NCBI GenBank assembly: GCA_048886685.1
Contig: JBHLKM010000001.1
Location: forward strand, 32,001-96,000
Reading direction: 5' to 3'
Source: Candidatus Hodarchaeota archaeon
GTDB taxonomy: Archaea > Asgardarchaeota > Lokiarchaeia > Sigyniarchaeales > SOKP01
Length of the DNA stretch: 64,000 nt
Position numbers and translations under genes: made by a program. Positions 40,408-49,714 of this stretch are shown here, in pieces. Each line of letters begins with the position of its first letter. Position 1 is the first letter of the stretch. The notes beneath the pieces were generated by a model, which did no database searches, had not been told where the DNA came from, and saw only the letters and a program-made list of their open reading frames with translations.

Positions 40408-40529
40408 TCTTGTAGCTTCAGTTTTATAAAATTCTGTGTATTTCTTAATTATCTTAAACGATTATTATAAAAATCTACATTTCTTTTATTCACTTAATAT
40501 ATTAGGTATGAATATATTTTGAGATTTGT

Positions 40530-41018
40530 ATGTATTATAGAAAATTAAATAATGCTGCAATGTGGAAAAATATTCAAAAGTTAAGAGATCTTATCAAATT
40601 AAAACCTATTTTCAAGGAACGGGTGTGTTGGAATTGTAGCAAAGATCTTAATATCTATGATTTTCTAAGCGATAACGTTGATTTTTCTCCTGAATATATC
40701 TTAAAACTGTGGCAAACTCCTATTTTAGAATTCCACTGCTGTGAATGTTTTAAAAATCTTAAAATTGATGAGCTTAAAAAAATTGAGCAAGAATTACCAA
40801 CACGAATTTGTCTGAACTGTAATGCTCTAATAGATATTTATAAATTTAGTAAATTTCATAACTATTTGAAAATCTACGAGTTAAGAAAATTGTGGTTAGA
40901 TACTAAATTTAATGTTTTCTGCGATAATCTATGTCAGCGTAAATACTTCAAAATATATTATGATTTTCTAAAAAAAAGAAAATTAGAAAAACAAAAAGAG
41001 TTACAAAAACAGATATAA
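40530..41018 (+). CDS. Hypothetical protein with two tandem Cys-rich (putative Zn-binding) repeats
   Basis: CWNC...CCEC and CLNC...CDNLC internal repeat. Confidence 0.7.
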   Translation: MYYRKLNNAAMWKNIQKLRDLIKLKPIFKERVCWNCSKDLNIYDFLSDNVDFSPEYILKLWQTPILEFHCCECFKNLKIDELKKIEQELPTRICLNCNALIDIYKFSKFHNYLKIYELRKLWLDTKFNVFCDNLCQRKYFKIYYDFLKKRKLEKQKELQKQI

Positions 41019-41020
41019 TT

Positions 41021-42508
41021 TTACGATTGACGCTTCTCTTCATAATCCTTAAGTTTTTGTTCATGCATTATATGTAATTCTTTTTTCATCTCTTCTACGA
41101 CTTCTCCCGTCAATGGATAGAACTTCACCCAAACAATCAAGCCGATTAAACATACTATTCCTGGTATAAGAGTCATACTCATATTAACACTTAAAGAAGC
41201 CAAGAACATTCCCTTCGTAGCATCTAATCCATCTACTGCTTCCACGTATATTAAACCAAAAGCTGTCATCAATGCAGGTGGAATTGCTAACGCCACACTA
41301 ATCATAGGTTTGCTTAAGAGAGGACCCACACCAGCGTAGAGTCCTTCTCTTCTCTCTCCTGAGATCTTCCAATAATCAAAATCTATAGTGTCTGCCCTCA
41401 TTGGATTATGTTGAATAAAATCCCCCGCAAAACCAAGCATGAAAATTGAAAACCCTATGGAAACAAGAATCCAATTGCCTGATAATCCAGCAAAAAAGCT
41501 AAAAAAATACCCTATGGTTAACATGCTAAGATAAAATGTTATAGAAGTTTTGGTTGAGTTTTTTGCTGCAATTCTCAGAATAATTGGTACTGAAATAATT
41601 AAACAAATTATTGGTCCAAGCCAAAAAATTATCATATTAATTCCTTCCATTTGTTCAAGAACCCAGGTTAAGTAGAAAGGTAAACTCACCATTGCCATGT
41701 TGATTAAAAATACTGAAACTCCATCATAAATCACATAAACTCTAAAAGAGGGATTTTTAAATGCAAGTTTTATTGATTTTAATAAGGGAGTTTTTTCCTC
41801 AGGTATGTGTTCACTATGCTCACGAACGTATTTTGATAAGATTAAATAGGGAAATAAACCAAAAATAGCGATAACTACAACAAGGATTTGAAAAACCGTA
41901 ATTGATTCCCTAGTTGGATCTGCTAAAAATATAACAGGAATAATAAATCCTATTAAAATTGCCGGTAAATTAAAAATAGTACCAAGCAACTGTATTTTTT
42001 CTCTTTCTCGCTGATTTAACGTCATTTGGGGTAGTAATGCGACGTGAGCAATTAGAACAATAGTAAATAATGTATCATAAGCGATTTGACTAATGAGATA
42101 CCAGGTAAAAAGCCAAACTTGAATTGCAAGATCAGTTGTATGCCCTCTCCATACATCCGGAGGAAAAAAAACTAAAGCAAAACATAGACTAAAGATAGGA
42201 GCTCCAAATTTAATATAAGGTATATATCTTTGAACCTCTCTTTTTTTCTTGTTATAATATCGAGTATTACCAATTTTATTCCCAAAGACGGGGTCGTTAA
42301 CGACATTCCAAACAGCGTATACAATCTGGGCAATAAATATCCATATATTTAATAATCCCATCCATGCATAATAAAATGATTGAATTACCCCCATGGCTGA
42401 TCCATAGAACGTACCTGGCATATAAGCAAAGCCATAGGATAATTTTTCCTTTAAGGGTACTATCTCAGAATCTTCATTTTCTAATAGTTCTGTATCTTTA
42501 TGAGTCAA
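41021..42508 (-). CDS. MFS glycoside-pentoside-hexuronide family transporter
   Basis: WNVVNDP, RYIPYI and GERREGLY motifs; about 12 TM segments. Confidence 0.88.
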   Translation of the reverse strand: MTHKDTELLENEDSEIVPLKEKLSYGFAYMPGTFYGSAMGVIQSFYYAWMGLLNIWIFIAQIVYAVWNVVNDPVFGNKIGNTRYYNKKKREVQRYIPYIKFGAPIFSLCFALVFFPPDVWRGHTTDLAIQVWLFTWYLISQIAYDTLFTIVLIAHVALLPQMTLNQREREKIQLLGTIFNLPAILIGFIIPVIFLADPTRESITVFQILVVVIAIFGLFPYLILSKYVREHSEHIPEEKTPLLKSIKLAFKNPSFRVYVIYDGVSVFLINMAMVSLPFYLTWVLEQMEGINMIIFWLGPIICLIISVPIILRIAAKNSTKTSITFYLSMLTIGYFFSFFAGLSGNWILVSIGFSIFMLGFAGDFIQHNPMRADTIDFDYWKISGERREGLYAGVGPLLSKPMISVALAIPPALMTAFGLIYVEAVDGLDATKGMFLASLSVNMSMTLIPGIVCLIGLIVWVKFYPLTGEVVEEMKKELHIMHEQKLKDYEEKRQS

Positions 42509-42637
42509 AATAAATACACTTTCAAAGAAAATTTTAAAGTATAGTTCGGAAAATTATTTGCGATTTTTCAATATTTTGAAAATGATATAAAGAGAAAAAA
42601 TTAAAAAAAAGAAGAAAAATAATATAGGTTAAAGATA

Positions 42638-43816
42638 TTAACTTCTTTTTTTCCCCAAGAAGGGCATTGCATGTTCATATCTTTTCATTACAAATCTAGA
42701 AATAACAATCCTTTGAATCTCACTTGTCCCTTCATATATTTGGTATAATTTTGCATCTCTAAATAACTTTTCAACAGGATATGTTCTCAGATAGCCATAA
42801 CCTCCAAAGATTTGAATTGCTTCAGTTGTAACGTTCATAGCAACGTCTGACGCAAATGCTTTTGCGATTGCTGAGCTTAAATTATTATCCATACCTTGAT
42901 CGGCTTCCCAGGCTGCTTTATATGTTAAAAGTCGTGCAGCTTCAATATCTTTGTACATATTAGCTATTTTTTCCTGAATTACTTGGTAATTTGCGATTGG
43001 TCTGCCAAAAGTTTCTCTTTTATGTGCATAATCTATAGAATATTCCATTGCAGAGCGAGCACACCCTACAGCGAAAGCACCTATCGCTGGACGAGTGTGA
43101 GCAAATGTTTGCATAGCTAAAACAAAACCTCTTCCTGGTTTAGCAAGAACATTCTCCTTTGGGATTCTAACGTCCTTTAACCCTACAGAAACTGTATTAG
43201 ATGATCTTTGACCTAATTTAGGGATATGCTTACCTAATTTTACTCCTTCGCTTTTGGTATCTACTATAAAAGCAGCTATCCCTTTATGCTTTTTTTCAGG
43301 ATCAACTGTAGCAAAGACGGTGATATAATCAGCAACCCCACCGTTAGTAATCCAGAACTTATTTCCATTTAAAATATACTCATCTCCATCTTTTACTGCT
43401 CGACATTGCATTCCTGCTACATCAGAACCCATCCCAGGCTCGGAAGTTGCAAAAGCAATTAGTTTAAACTCATTGATTAGCTCCGATAAAATTCTTTTCT
43501 TCTGTTCTTCATTTCCACCAATAATAATTGGCTCTGTTCCAAGATTGTTATCAAAAACAGAGGTAGCAATCCCCGGACAAGCAGATGAGATTTCTTCGAC
43601 TACAATACAGGAATTTAATAAACCTAAACCTGGACCTCCATATTCTTTTGGGATTCCTAAATTTAATAATCCTTCTTCCCAGGCTTTTTTAATCACAGGC
43701 AGAGGAAACTCTTCAGATTCATCATATTTTCGAGCAACTGGTAAGACTTCATTTATAGCAAACTCTCTCGCTTTTTTTCGTAAAGCAATTTGTTCTTCTG
43801 AAAGTATAAAATCCAT
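42638..43816 (-). CDS. Acyl-CoA dehydrogenase
   Basis: SEPGMGSD, NGNKFWITNG, QIFGGYGY and QIYEGTSEIQR motifs. Confidence 0.95.
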   Translation of the reverse strand: MDFILSEEQIALRKKAREFAINEVLPVARKYDESEEFPLPVIKKAWEEGLLNLGIPKEYGGPGLGLLNSCIVVEEISSACPGIATSVFDNNLGTEPIIIGGNEEQKKRILSELINEFKLIAFATSEPGMGSDVAGMQCRAVKDGDEYILNGNKFWITNGGVADYITVFATVDPEKKHKGIAAFIVDTKSEGVKLGKHIPKLGQRSSNTVSVGLKDVRIPKENVLAKPGRGFVLAMQTFAHTRPAIGAFAVGCARSAMEYSIDYAHKRETFGRPIANYQVIQEKIANMYKDIEAARLLTYKAAWEADQGMDNNLSSAIAKAFASDVAMNVTTEAIQIFGGYGYLRTYPVEKLFRDAKLYQIYEGTSEIQRIVISRFVMKRYEHAMPFLGKKRS

Positions 43817-43831
43817 TTTCTTAATCCCCTT

Positions 43832-45028
43832 TTAACCCATTTTTTCAACTAATTTGTCAACTATTTCTTTAAAATCTAAATCCTCTGGTTTTGGTACATA
43901 TTGTATTTTTATCAACTCATCCATAACATCAATTTTAGTTTCTTTCATTATATTAGCAATCTCCTGGGCAGCTTGGCCTGACCATCCATAAGACCCAAAT
44001 GCTAATCCAACTTTATTCATAGGTTTTAAGCCTCTTTGATATGATAGATATTCTGCCACTGTGGGGTATAATCCATTGTTTAAGGTTGGACTCCCCACTA
44101 TAATTGCTTTTGCTTTCATAGCTTCTGTGATTACGTCTGAATAATCAGCAGTGGTTAATTTAAACCGCTTTACTGGTATGCCTCTATGACTAATTTCTTT
44201 TGCTAAGGCTTTCGCAATCTTTTCTGTACTACCCCACATTGTATCATAAACAATAAGAACACTCTTTTCATCAATTTCTCCTTTACACCATTTGGTATAT
44301 TTCTCTAAAATTTCTGGAATATGACTGCGCCAACATACACCATGTGAAGTGCACACTATATCAATCGGTAATGCTCCTACCTTAGGTAGTGCTTTAGCAA
44401 TTAACCCAGACAAATGTAATAATATATTAGCATAATATTTCTCAGCTTCTTGCATAACTTCACACAAGTCGTTTTCATCATCCCAGCGTTTTGTTGTTGC
44501 ATAATGTTGTCCAAATGCGTCATTTGAAAACAGCACATTCTTACCATTTTCATCCGTCATAAAAGATACCATTGAATCTGGCCAATGGATCATAGGGATT
44601 GGAACAAACGTGAATTTCTTACCATTCCCAATATCTAATGTATCTCCCTCTTTAACTCCTCTAATCTTATTAAAAACCTCATCTCCAAGCTCCTCATGAT
44701 AATGGGCTTTTAGAGCATCAACTCCTTTTTCGGAAGAAATGATTTCAGTATGAGGAAGATGTTTGACGATTAATGGAAACGAACCAGAGTGATCCATCTC
44801 AACGTGATTAACAATAAGATAATCAATTTCTTCTAAGGCACATACTTCTTTAATGTTCTTTAAAAAATAGTCGAAATGTGGCCGTTTAACTGTATCGATT
44901 AATACAGTCTTCTCTCCTTTAACGATATAAGCGTTATAGGATGAGCCCCGATGTGTAGAATACCCATGAAAATTCTTAATTTCAAAATCAATAAATCCAA
45001 CGAAGAATAAACCGTCTATTAGTTCCAT
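43832..45028 (-). CDS. fprA: Class A flavodiiron protein (O2/NO reductase)
   Basis: HVEMDHSG, HWPDSM, SNDAFGQH and SHG; flavodoxin domain TMWGST...GSPT...FGSYGW. Confidence 0.95.
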   Translation of the reverse strand: MELIDGLFFVGFIDFEIKNFHGYSTHRGSSYNAYIVKGEKTVLIDTVKRPHFDYFLKNIKEVCALEEIDYLIVNHVEMDHSGSFPLIVKHLPHTEIISSEKGVDALKAHYHEELGDEVFNKIRGVKEGDTLDIGNGKKFTFVPIPMIHWPDSMVSFMTDENGKNVLFSNDAFGQHYATTKRWDDENDLCEVMQEAEKYYANILLHLSGLIAKALPKVGALPIDIVCTSHGVCWRSHIPEILEKYTKWCKGEIDEKSVLIVYDTMWGSTEKIAKALAKEISHRGIPVKRFKLTTADYSDVITEAMKAKAIIVGSPTLNNGLYPTVAEYLSYQRGLKPMNKVGLAFGSYGWSGQAAQEIANIMKETKIDVMDELIKIQYVPKPEDLDFKEIVDKLVEKMG

Positions 45029-45267
45029 TTCACTTTCACCTTTTTGTAAAGTTTATAAGTTATTTCTTAATAACCTAGCGGTCATTAAAAATGTTGTATC
45101 TTTTGTTTATAAGTTCTAAACAATTGAGTAATAGTTAAGAGAAAAAAGTTTAGTGGTAGTAAACAATCCTAAAGAACTTTAATTTTGTAAAATTATAATT
45201 CCTACACCACTCTACATTTATAATAATTAAACGACATAACTAATATAGAAAGAGAAAAATTAAAAAC

Positions 45268-45432
45268 ATGGAATTTATCATCAATAAGTTTATTACATTA
45301 AAGCTTGAAAACGGAAAGACCAATATCTATGTAGGTGGTCAACTGTTTAATCACTGCAAATCAATAATTACACAAATGAATACTGAAGAAATTAAAGACT
45401 TTGATTTCCTTTTAACTCAATTGGAATTGTGA
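45268..45432 (+). pseudogene. Truncated N-terminus of a Lokiarchaeia-type protein family that is often LRR-associated
   Basis: MEFIINKFITLKLENGKTNIYVGGQLFNHCK... stops after 54 aa where an opposite-strand ORF begins. Confidence 0.5.
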
Positions 45433-45616
45433 TATTTAATAATATTTTCCATTTTTCGTATTCGCTCGTATTAGAAAAATCGGGATAATCGTCACCTCTA
45501 TATGTTATCTCTCCTGTGAGTGAATAAATTATCTCCGTACCTGCTTTAGTCGATATTATGACATAAATAAATGCTATAAACACCAATATTAATCCCATTA
45601 AGCACTTCTTTTTCAA
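45392..45616 (-). CDS. Short signal-peptide-bearing ORF, probably truncated
   Basis: KKK followed by a hydrophobic stretch; SD-like GAGGGCGTGA upstream. Confidence 0.45.
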   Translation of the reverse strand: MKKKCLMGLILVFIAFIYVIISTKAGTEIIYSLTGEITYRGDDYPDFSNTSEYEKWKILLNITIPIELKGNQSL

Positions 45617-45628
45617 TTTTCACGCCCT

Positions 45629-45721
45629 CTATTCCATTATTCTTATACCATCTTCATATTCATCTTCATATTGATCTACGGAAATCTTACGATAACGTTC
45701 TGGCGGTTGTCCATCTTTCAA
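45629..45721 (-). CDS. 30-aa hypothetical ORF
   Basis: TTG-started MKDGQPPERYRKISVDQYEDEYEDGIRIME, directly abutting the upstream stop codon. Confidence 0.3.
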   Translation of the reverse strand: MKDGQPPERYRKISVDQYEDEYEDGIRIME

Positions 45722-46030
45722 TTAAATTTCATTAGGACTATAAAAACGATTCCTATCAAAAAGATCTGTCATTTTATTATAATCCCAAACCTTAACTCTG
45801 TTACCTTCATCGTCCACGAGATTGTTTTTCATTACTAAAAATATAAAATCTCTTGTAATTGGTATCGAAGAGCCAGGTGTGTAAAAGAGATTAGACAAAG
45901 CGACAATATAGCGAAGAGTCTCCATAGCTTCTGTCCTTTTAGATAAATCGATAGTAAATTTATAAGCGCCGCTTATATAGACCTCATCGTTGTAAACCAC
46001 ACTTCTCAAGGTCAAGTGGTAAAAATACAT
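45722..46030 (-). CDS. Hypothetical protein or C-terminal gene fragment
   Basis: 102-aa ORF with no motif recognised. Confidence 0.45.
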   Translation of the reverse strand: MYFYHLTLRSVVYNDEVYISGAYKFTIDLSKRTEAMETLRYIVALSNLFYTPGSSIPITRDFIFLVMKNNLVDDEGNRVKVWDYNKMTDLFDRNRFYSPNEI

Positions 46031-46089
46031 AAGAAAACAGCTATTTACGTTCAGTAAAATGTATATTACTTACATAGCTCCTCTCTTCT

Positions 46090-46551
46090 TTAAATCTCAA
46101 TAATAATAGATGCGTTATTACATCCAATTTTCCAATAGCCTGAAAAAGGGATGAAAATTGTGATATTATAATATATAAAAGCCATAACTTGTGCACAAAG
46201 GCCTTTCTTACCCCATATCCAGATATTAATTTCTTTATTATATAAATTGTACTGAACAACTTCTAAATATGGAAGACCACAATCTGACCATACGGGCCAA
46301 CTTACCCCTAAAATATTGATACCTAGTTTAGGGGATCCTACTATTTCCATAGAACTTATATTCTTAAGTTTTAAATCATCAGGATCAATATCGTATAGAT
46401 TTACATATGGATTTACATAAAACAAAGAGGGAGAAAATGCAATCCCAAATAGTATAGATCCACACAATATAGATCCCAGAACAATATAAGTAATTAATTT
46501 TGGCTTGGTTAATTTTATATCTGTTAATGTTGAAAGATGCATTATCTTCAC
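46090..46551 (-). CDS. Membrane-anchored hypothetical protein
   Basis: One N-terminal TM segment and a beta-rich domain with Cys residues. Confidence 0.6.
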   Translation of the reverse strand: MKIMHLSTLTDIKLTKPKLITYIVLGSILCGSILFGIAFSPSLFYVNPYVNLYDIDPDDLKLKNISSMEIVGSPKLGINILGVSWPVWSDCGLPYLEVVQYNLYNKEINIWIWGKKGLCAQVMAFIYYNITIFIPFSGYWKIGCNNASIIIEI

Positions 46552-46750
46552 TACTAGTTATCTTTTTTATGGCTAAAAAAAGTTATTCTGTTCAGAGTTT
46601 TGAACAGGGTAATATAAGAAATAATATTTTTCTTTAAAAAGATAGAGTTCCTTTAGTATTCATTATGACCATAACGAATTCTCAAAACAATTCTCGAAAA
46701 TCCCCTGTCCATGTCATTGTAGACAACAGAGAACAGAAGCTTAATCCTCT

Positions 46751-46931
46751 TACTTTAAAAATGAGTCAATAGCATATTATTCGCGCGGATTCCATGCATT
46801 TGGTCACATCAGTGAGGATGAGCTTTACTGGATGATTCACAGAATTTCATACCGAATGTCCATCGTGGTTTACAGAGAATTTTGGGGATCGAGTAAAATT
46901 ATTAGAAAAGGGGGAAAATATTTCCTTATAA
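46751..46931 (+). pseudogene. Frameshifted C-terminal remnant of an RNase J-like MBL/beta-CASP gene
   Basis: One frame gives GFHAFGHISEDELYWMI (HxSGH-like); a second frame continues HTECPSWFTENFGDRVKLLEKGENISL*. Confidence 0.5.
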
Positions 46932-47246
46932 AGATCTTTAGTATATCTTTTGTACCACTCTGACCTTGGGAATCGGAATAGTATTACGCATGGTGAAAAG
47001 GATGCATTATCGGATATAGAAATTGTGTGGCTATGTTCCGGCACCATCGCATCATATTTTAAGTATCTTGTCCATAGATTCTATAAGTAAAATAAAATCA
47101 TAAATTTATTAAAGAAAAAAATAAGAATCTCAATAAAATTCAAGTTAAAAACTTATATTCTATCGATTATAAAATTTTTCAGAATTTAGATGTTAAATAA
47201 AAATCCAGAAAGAGAATTAACTTAAATTCTAAATAAGTGAATAACC

Positions 47247-47534
47247 TTAATTGTTACTGTCTCTTATCTCTTCAACTATTTTGACTACAGGACATAAGTT
47301 AAGTTTGTGACATAAAGGAGTTGCCGCTGACCCACTGGCGCAAAGACAAACGAATTCTGTTAAAAATAGTCTATCTAACTCGTCAGCAAGCTTATCTAAA
47401 TTGCCTTTTATCTCTTTAAGAGCATTGGGCAAATATATAGTTAAGGTTCCAAATATTGAAACAGCAGCTCTTCTTCTTGGAAAAAGATAATGAGTGCCAG
47501 TAGAAAATCGAAAATTGTTAATAGAAGCTGCCAT
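47247..47534 (-). CDS. Small Cys-containing hypothetical protein
   Basis: 95-aa ATG ORF with CLC...C...CP. Confidence 0.5.
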   Translation of the reverse strand: MAASINNFRFSTGTHYLFPRRRAAVSIFGTLTIYLPNALKEIKGNLDKLADELDRLFLTEFVCLCASGSAATPLCHKLNLCPVVKIVEEIRDSNN

Positions 47535-47757
47535 TTCTTAAATAACAAATATTTTACATTATTTGTTGTGATAATATTAGATTTGTTATTAAAACCCATT
47601 CGATTCCCATTTTTTTGTGATCATATCACAATCTTTTTTATAACAAATCAAGAAAGAATAAGTAATAATAAGATGGTATTGGTAAGTTTTGTCTAAATAA
47701 GACTTATAATTTATATATCAAGTAAGTAAAAAAAAATTAGTTGGGATTAGGATAATT

Positions 47758-47895
47758 TTATTCAATTTTTTCAAACATATCTTTTCCTACACCACAAACA
47801 GGACAAGTCCAATCGTCTGGTAAATCCTCAAAGCTAGTACCTTCAGCTTCTTCATCATAAACATATCCGCAAGCTTGACATTCCCATTTTCCCAA
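47758..47895 (-). CDS. rub: Rubredoxin (45 aa, missed by the track)
   Basis: TTG-started [45 protein letters not shown]. Confidence 0.95.
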   Translation of the reverse strand: MGKWECQACGYVYDEEAEGTSFEDLPDDWTCPVCGVGKDMFEKIE

Positions 47896-48039
47896 ATTTA
47901 ACACATCCTTTTATTATTAACTCAAGGTATTTGATTTTATGGATTGAAATTGAATGTATATTAAAAATATTAATTTAATATTTTATAAATGGTACTAAAA
48001 AGAGATTCAGTTTGAGATGATTCTAAATAAAATATAGAT

Positions 48040-49434
48040 TTAAAGGTTTAATTCAATTAATTTTTCTCTTAATGTTTTTACTTTGTCAGGTTTTAAATCA
48101 TAATACCAAACTAACATAAATGTTCCAATTATCATTGCTAACATCGGAATTAGTGAGAGATGTATATGAATTCCAAAGATTGCCAATCTCTTTTGTTCAG
48201 AAGCTCCCGGTTCAAATCCAGTAAGTGTATGCACTACGGCAAATGTAAGAGCTTGTAGAGCAAAGGATAACCTACCAAAGAATTGAAGAATCCCGTTATA
48301 AATCCCTTCTTCTCTTTTACCAAAATTTACTACTGCCTCATCTATTAACTCAGCGAAGGTTGGTGGGTACATTGACCAAAAACCACCGAGTCCAACACCC
48401 CAAATAGTCATAAAAATTATTATCAACATATATTCTTCAAGTATCAACATTGGTGCTGTCAGTATACCAAGAGTAAATCCCGCTATTATTAATATTCTTC
48501 TGTTATTATCAATTTTATGAGCAGAATAAACCCAAAGTGGTGTTGATACTAAAGCACCTACAAGAAATCCCGCCATTACTAAAATTATTGCATCTGCTTC
48601 CATTTTTAGTACATGTTTTACAACATAAGGTATTGATGCGGTCATAGAAATGGTTAAAAATGTGTATAATGTATAGGTGGTAATAAATGCCTGAAAATTT
48701 TTTTGTTTAACTGCCTTTTTTAGGGTCCTGAAGAATGCTTCTTGTTGTTCCCCTGCTTCACATTTAGCAAGATATCTCTCAACACATATTTCATCATCTC
48801 TGGTCCCCGGAATCGCAAGTCCTAAAGCTATCAAACATATGATTAAAACTACTCCACCTTGAATGATGTATGTATTTAATTCACCAAATTCTACAAACAA
48901 TGGTGGAAGTATAGATCCTAAAGCAATCCCAAAAATACCTACTGGGGTTGAGATCCCTGCAACTTTTCTACGTTCATTTTCAGTACGAAATTTATCGGGG
49001 AACAATGATACAAAATTTATAAAAAACAGGGAACCAAAAGTGTCGTATAGACAGGTTGTGAAAATTAACCAGATAAAAAGGATCCACGCACCTCCTATAG
49101 GATCAGTCGTTGGGGGTGTGAAGATAAGGAGATAAGAACATACCCATGGTATTCCACCAACTATTATCCATGGAAATCTTCGGCCCCATTTCCTTGTGAA
49201 TTTAAATGGGCGATTAGTCAAAAATCCTATTAAGGGATCGTTTACCATGTTCCATATTGCCCATAGAATGAATCCCGTTCCTGCTAACCACACATTAAGT
49301 CCAAGTTCATCCTCATAGTAATAAAAAGCATAAGCACCGAAAGCTATGTTCATGAATTCTGTCATAAATTTGCCAAAGCCATACGAGACCATACTCTTTT
49401 TTGAATGAACTATTTCAACTTCAGTTTCTCCCAT
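48040..49434 (-). CDS. MFS GPH-family sugar transporter
   Basis: WNMVNDPLIG, WGRRFPWI and GKREEGIY motifs. Confidence 0.9.
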   Translation of the reverse strand: MGETEVEIVHSKKSMVSYGFGKFMTEFMNIAFGAYAFYYYEDELGLNVWLAGTGFILWAIWNMVNDPLIGFLTNRPFKFTRKWGRRFPWIIVGGIPWVCSYLLIFTPPTTDPIGGAWILFIWLIFTTCLYDTFGSLFFINFVSLFPDKFRTENERRKVAGISTPVGIFGIALGSILPPLFVEFGELNTYIIQGGVVLIICLIALGLAIPGTRDDEICVERYLAKCEAGEQQEAFFRTLKKAVKQKNFQAFITTYTLYTFLTISMTASIPYVVKHVLKMEADAIILVMAGFLVGALVSTPLWVYSAHKIDNNRRILIIAGFTLGILTAPMLILEEYMLIIIFMTIWGVGLGGFWSMYPPTFAELIDEAVVNFGKREEGIYNGILQFFGRLSFALQALTFAVVHTLTGFEPGASEQKRLAIFGIHIHLSLIPMLAMIIGTFMLVWYYDLKPDKVKTLREKLIELNL

Positions 49435-49533
49435 ATCGAATCACAGTTGTTTGAATTTAAATTAGTTGATATTAATAGGAATTAGATATTTCTATTTTTA
49501 TACGTAATGCTTTTTTTCAAAAAAAAGTCAAAT

Positions 49534-49686
49534 TCAATCCTTTTTGGGTATCTCTTTTTCAATAAAGAAATTTTTTGAGGAGCGACATTTAGGGCATCTC
49601 CAGTCATTTCCAACTTCATTAAATGGGATCGTCTGCTCCTCGTCAATATATACATAATTACATCTTTTACATCTATGGATGTTCAT
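49534..49686 (-). CDS. Divergent rubredoxin-like protein (50 aa, missed by the track)
   Basis: MNIHRCKRCNYVYIDEEQTIPFNEVGNDWRCPKCRSSKNFFIEKEIPKKD. Confidence 0.85.
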   Translation of the reverse strand: MNIHRCKRCNYVYIDEEQTIPFNEVGNDWRCPKCRSSKNFFIEKEIPKKD

Positions 49687-49714
49687 CGTATAACACCATG
49701 ATTTTTATATGAAT

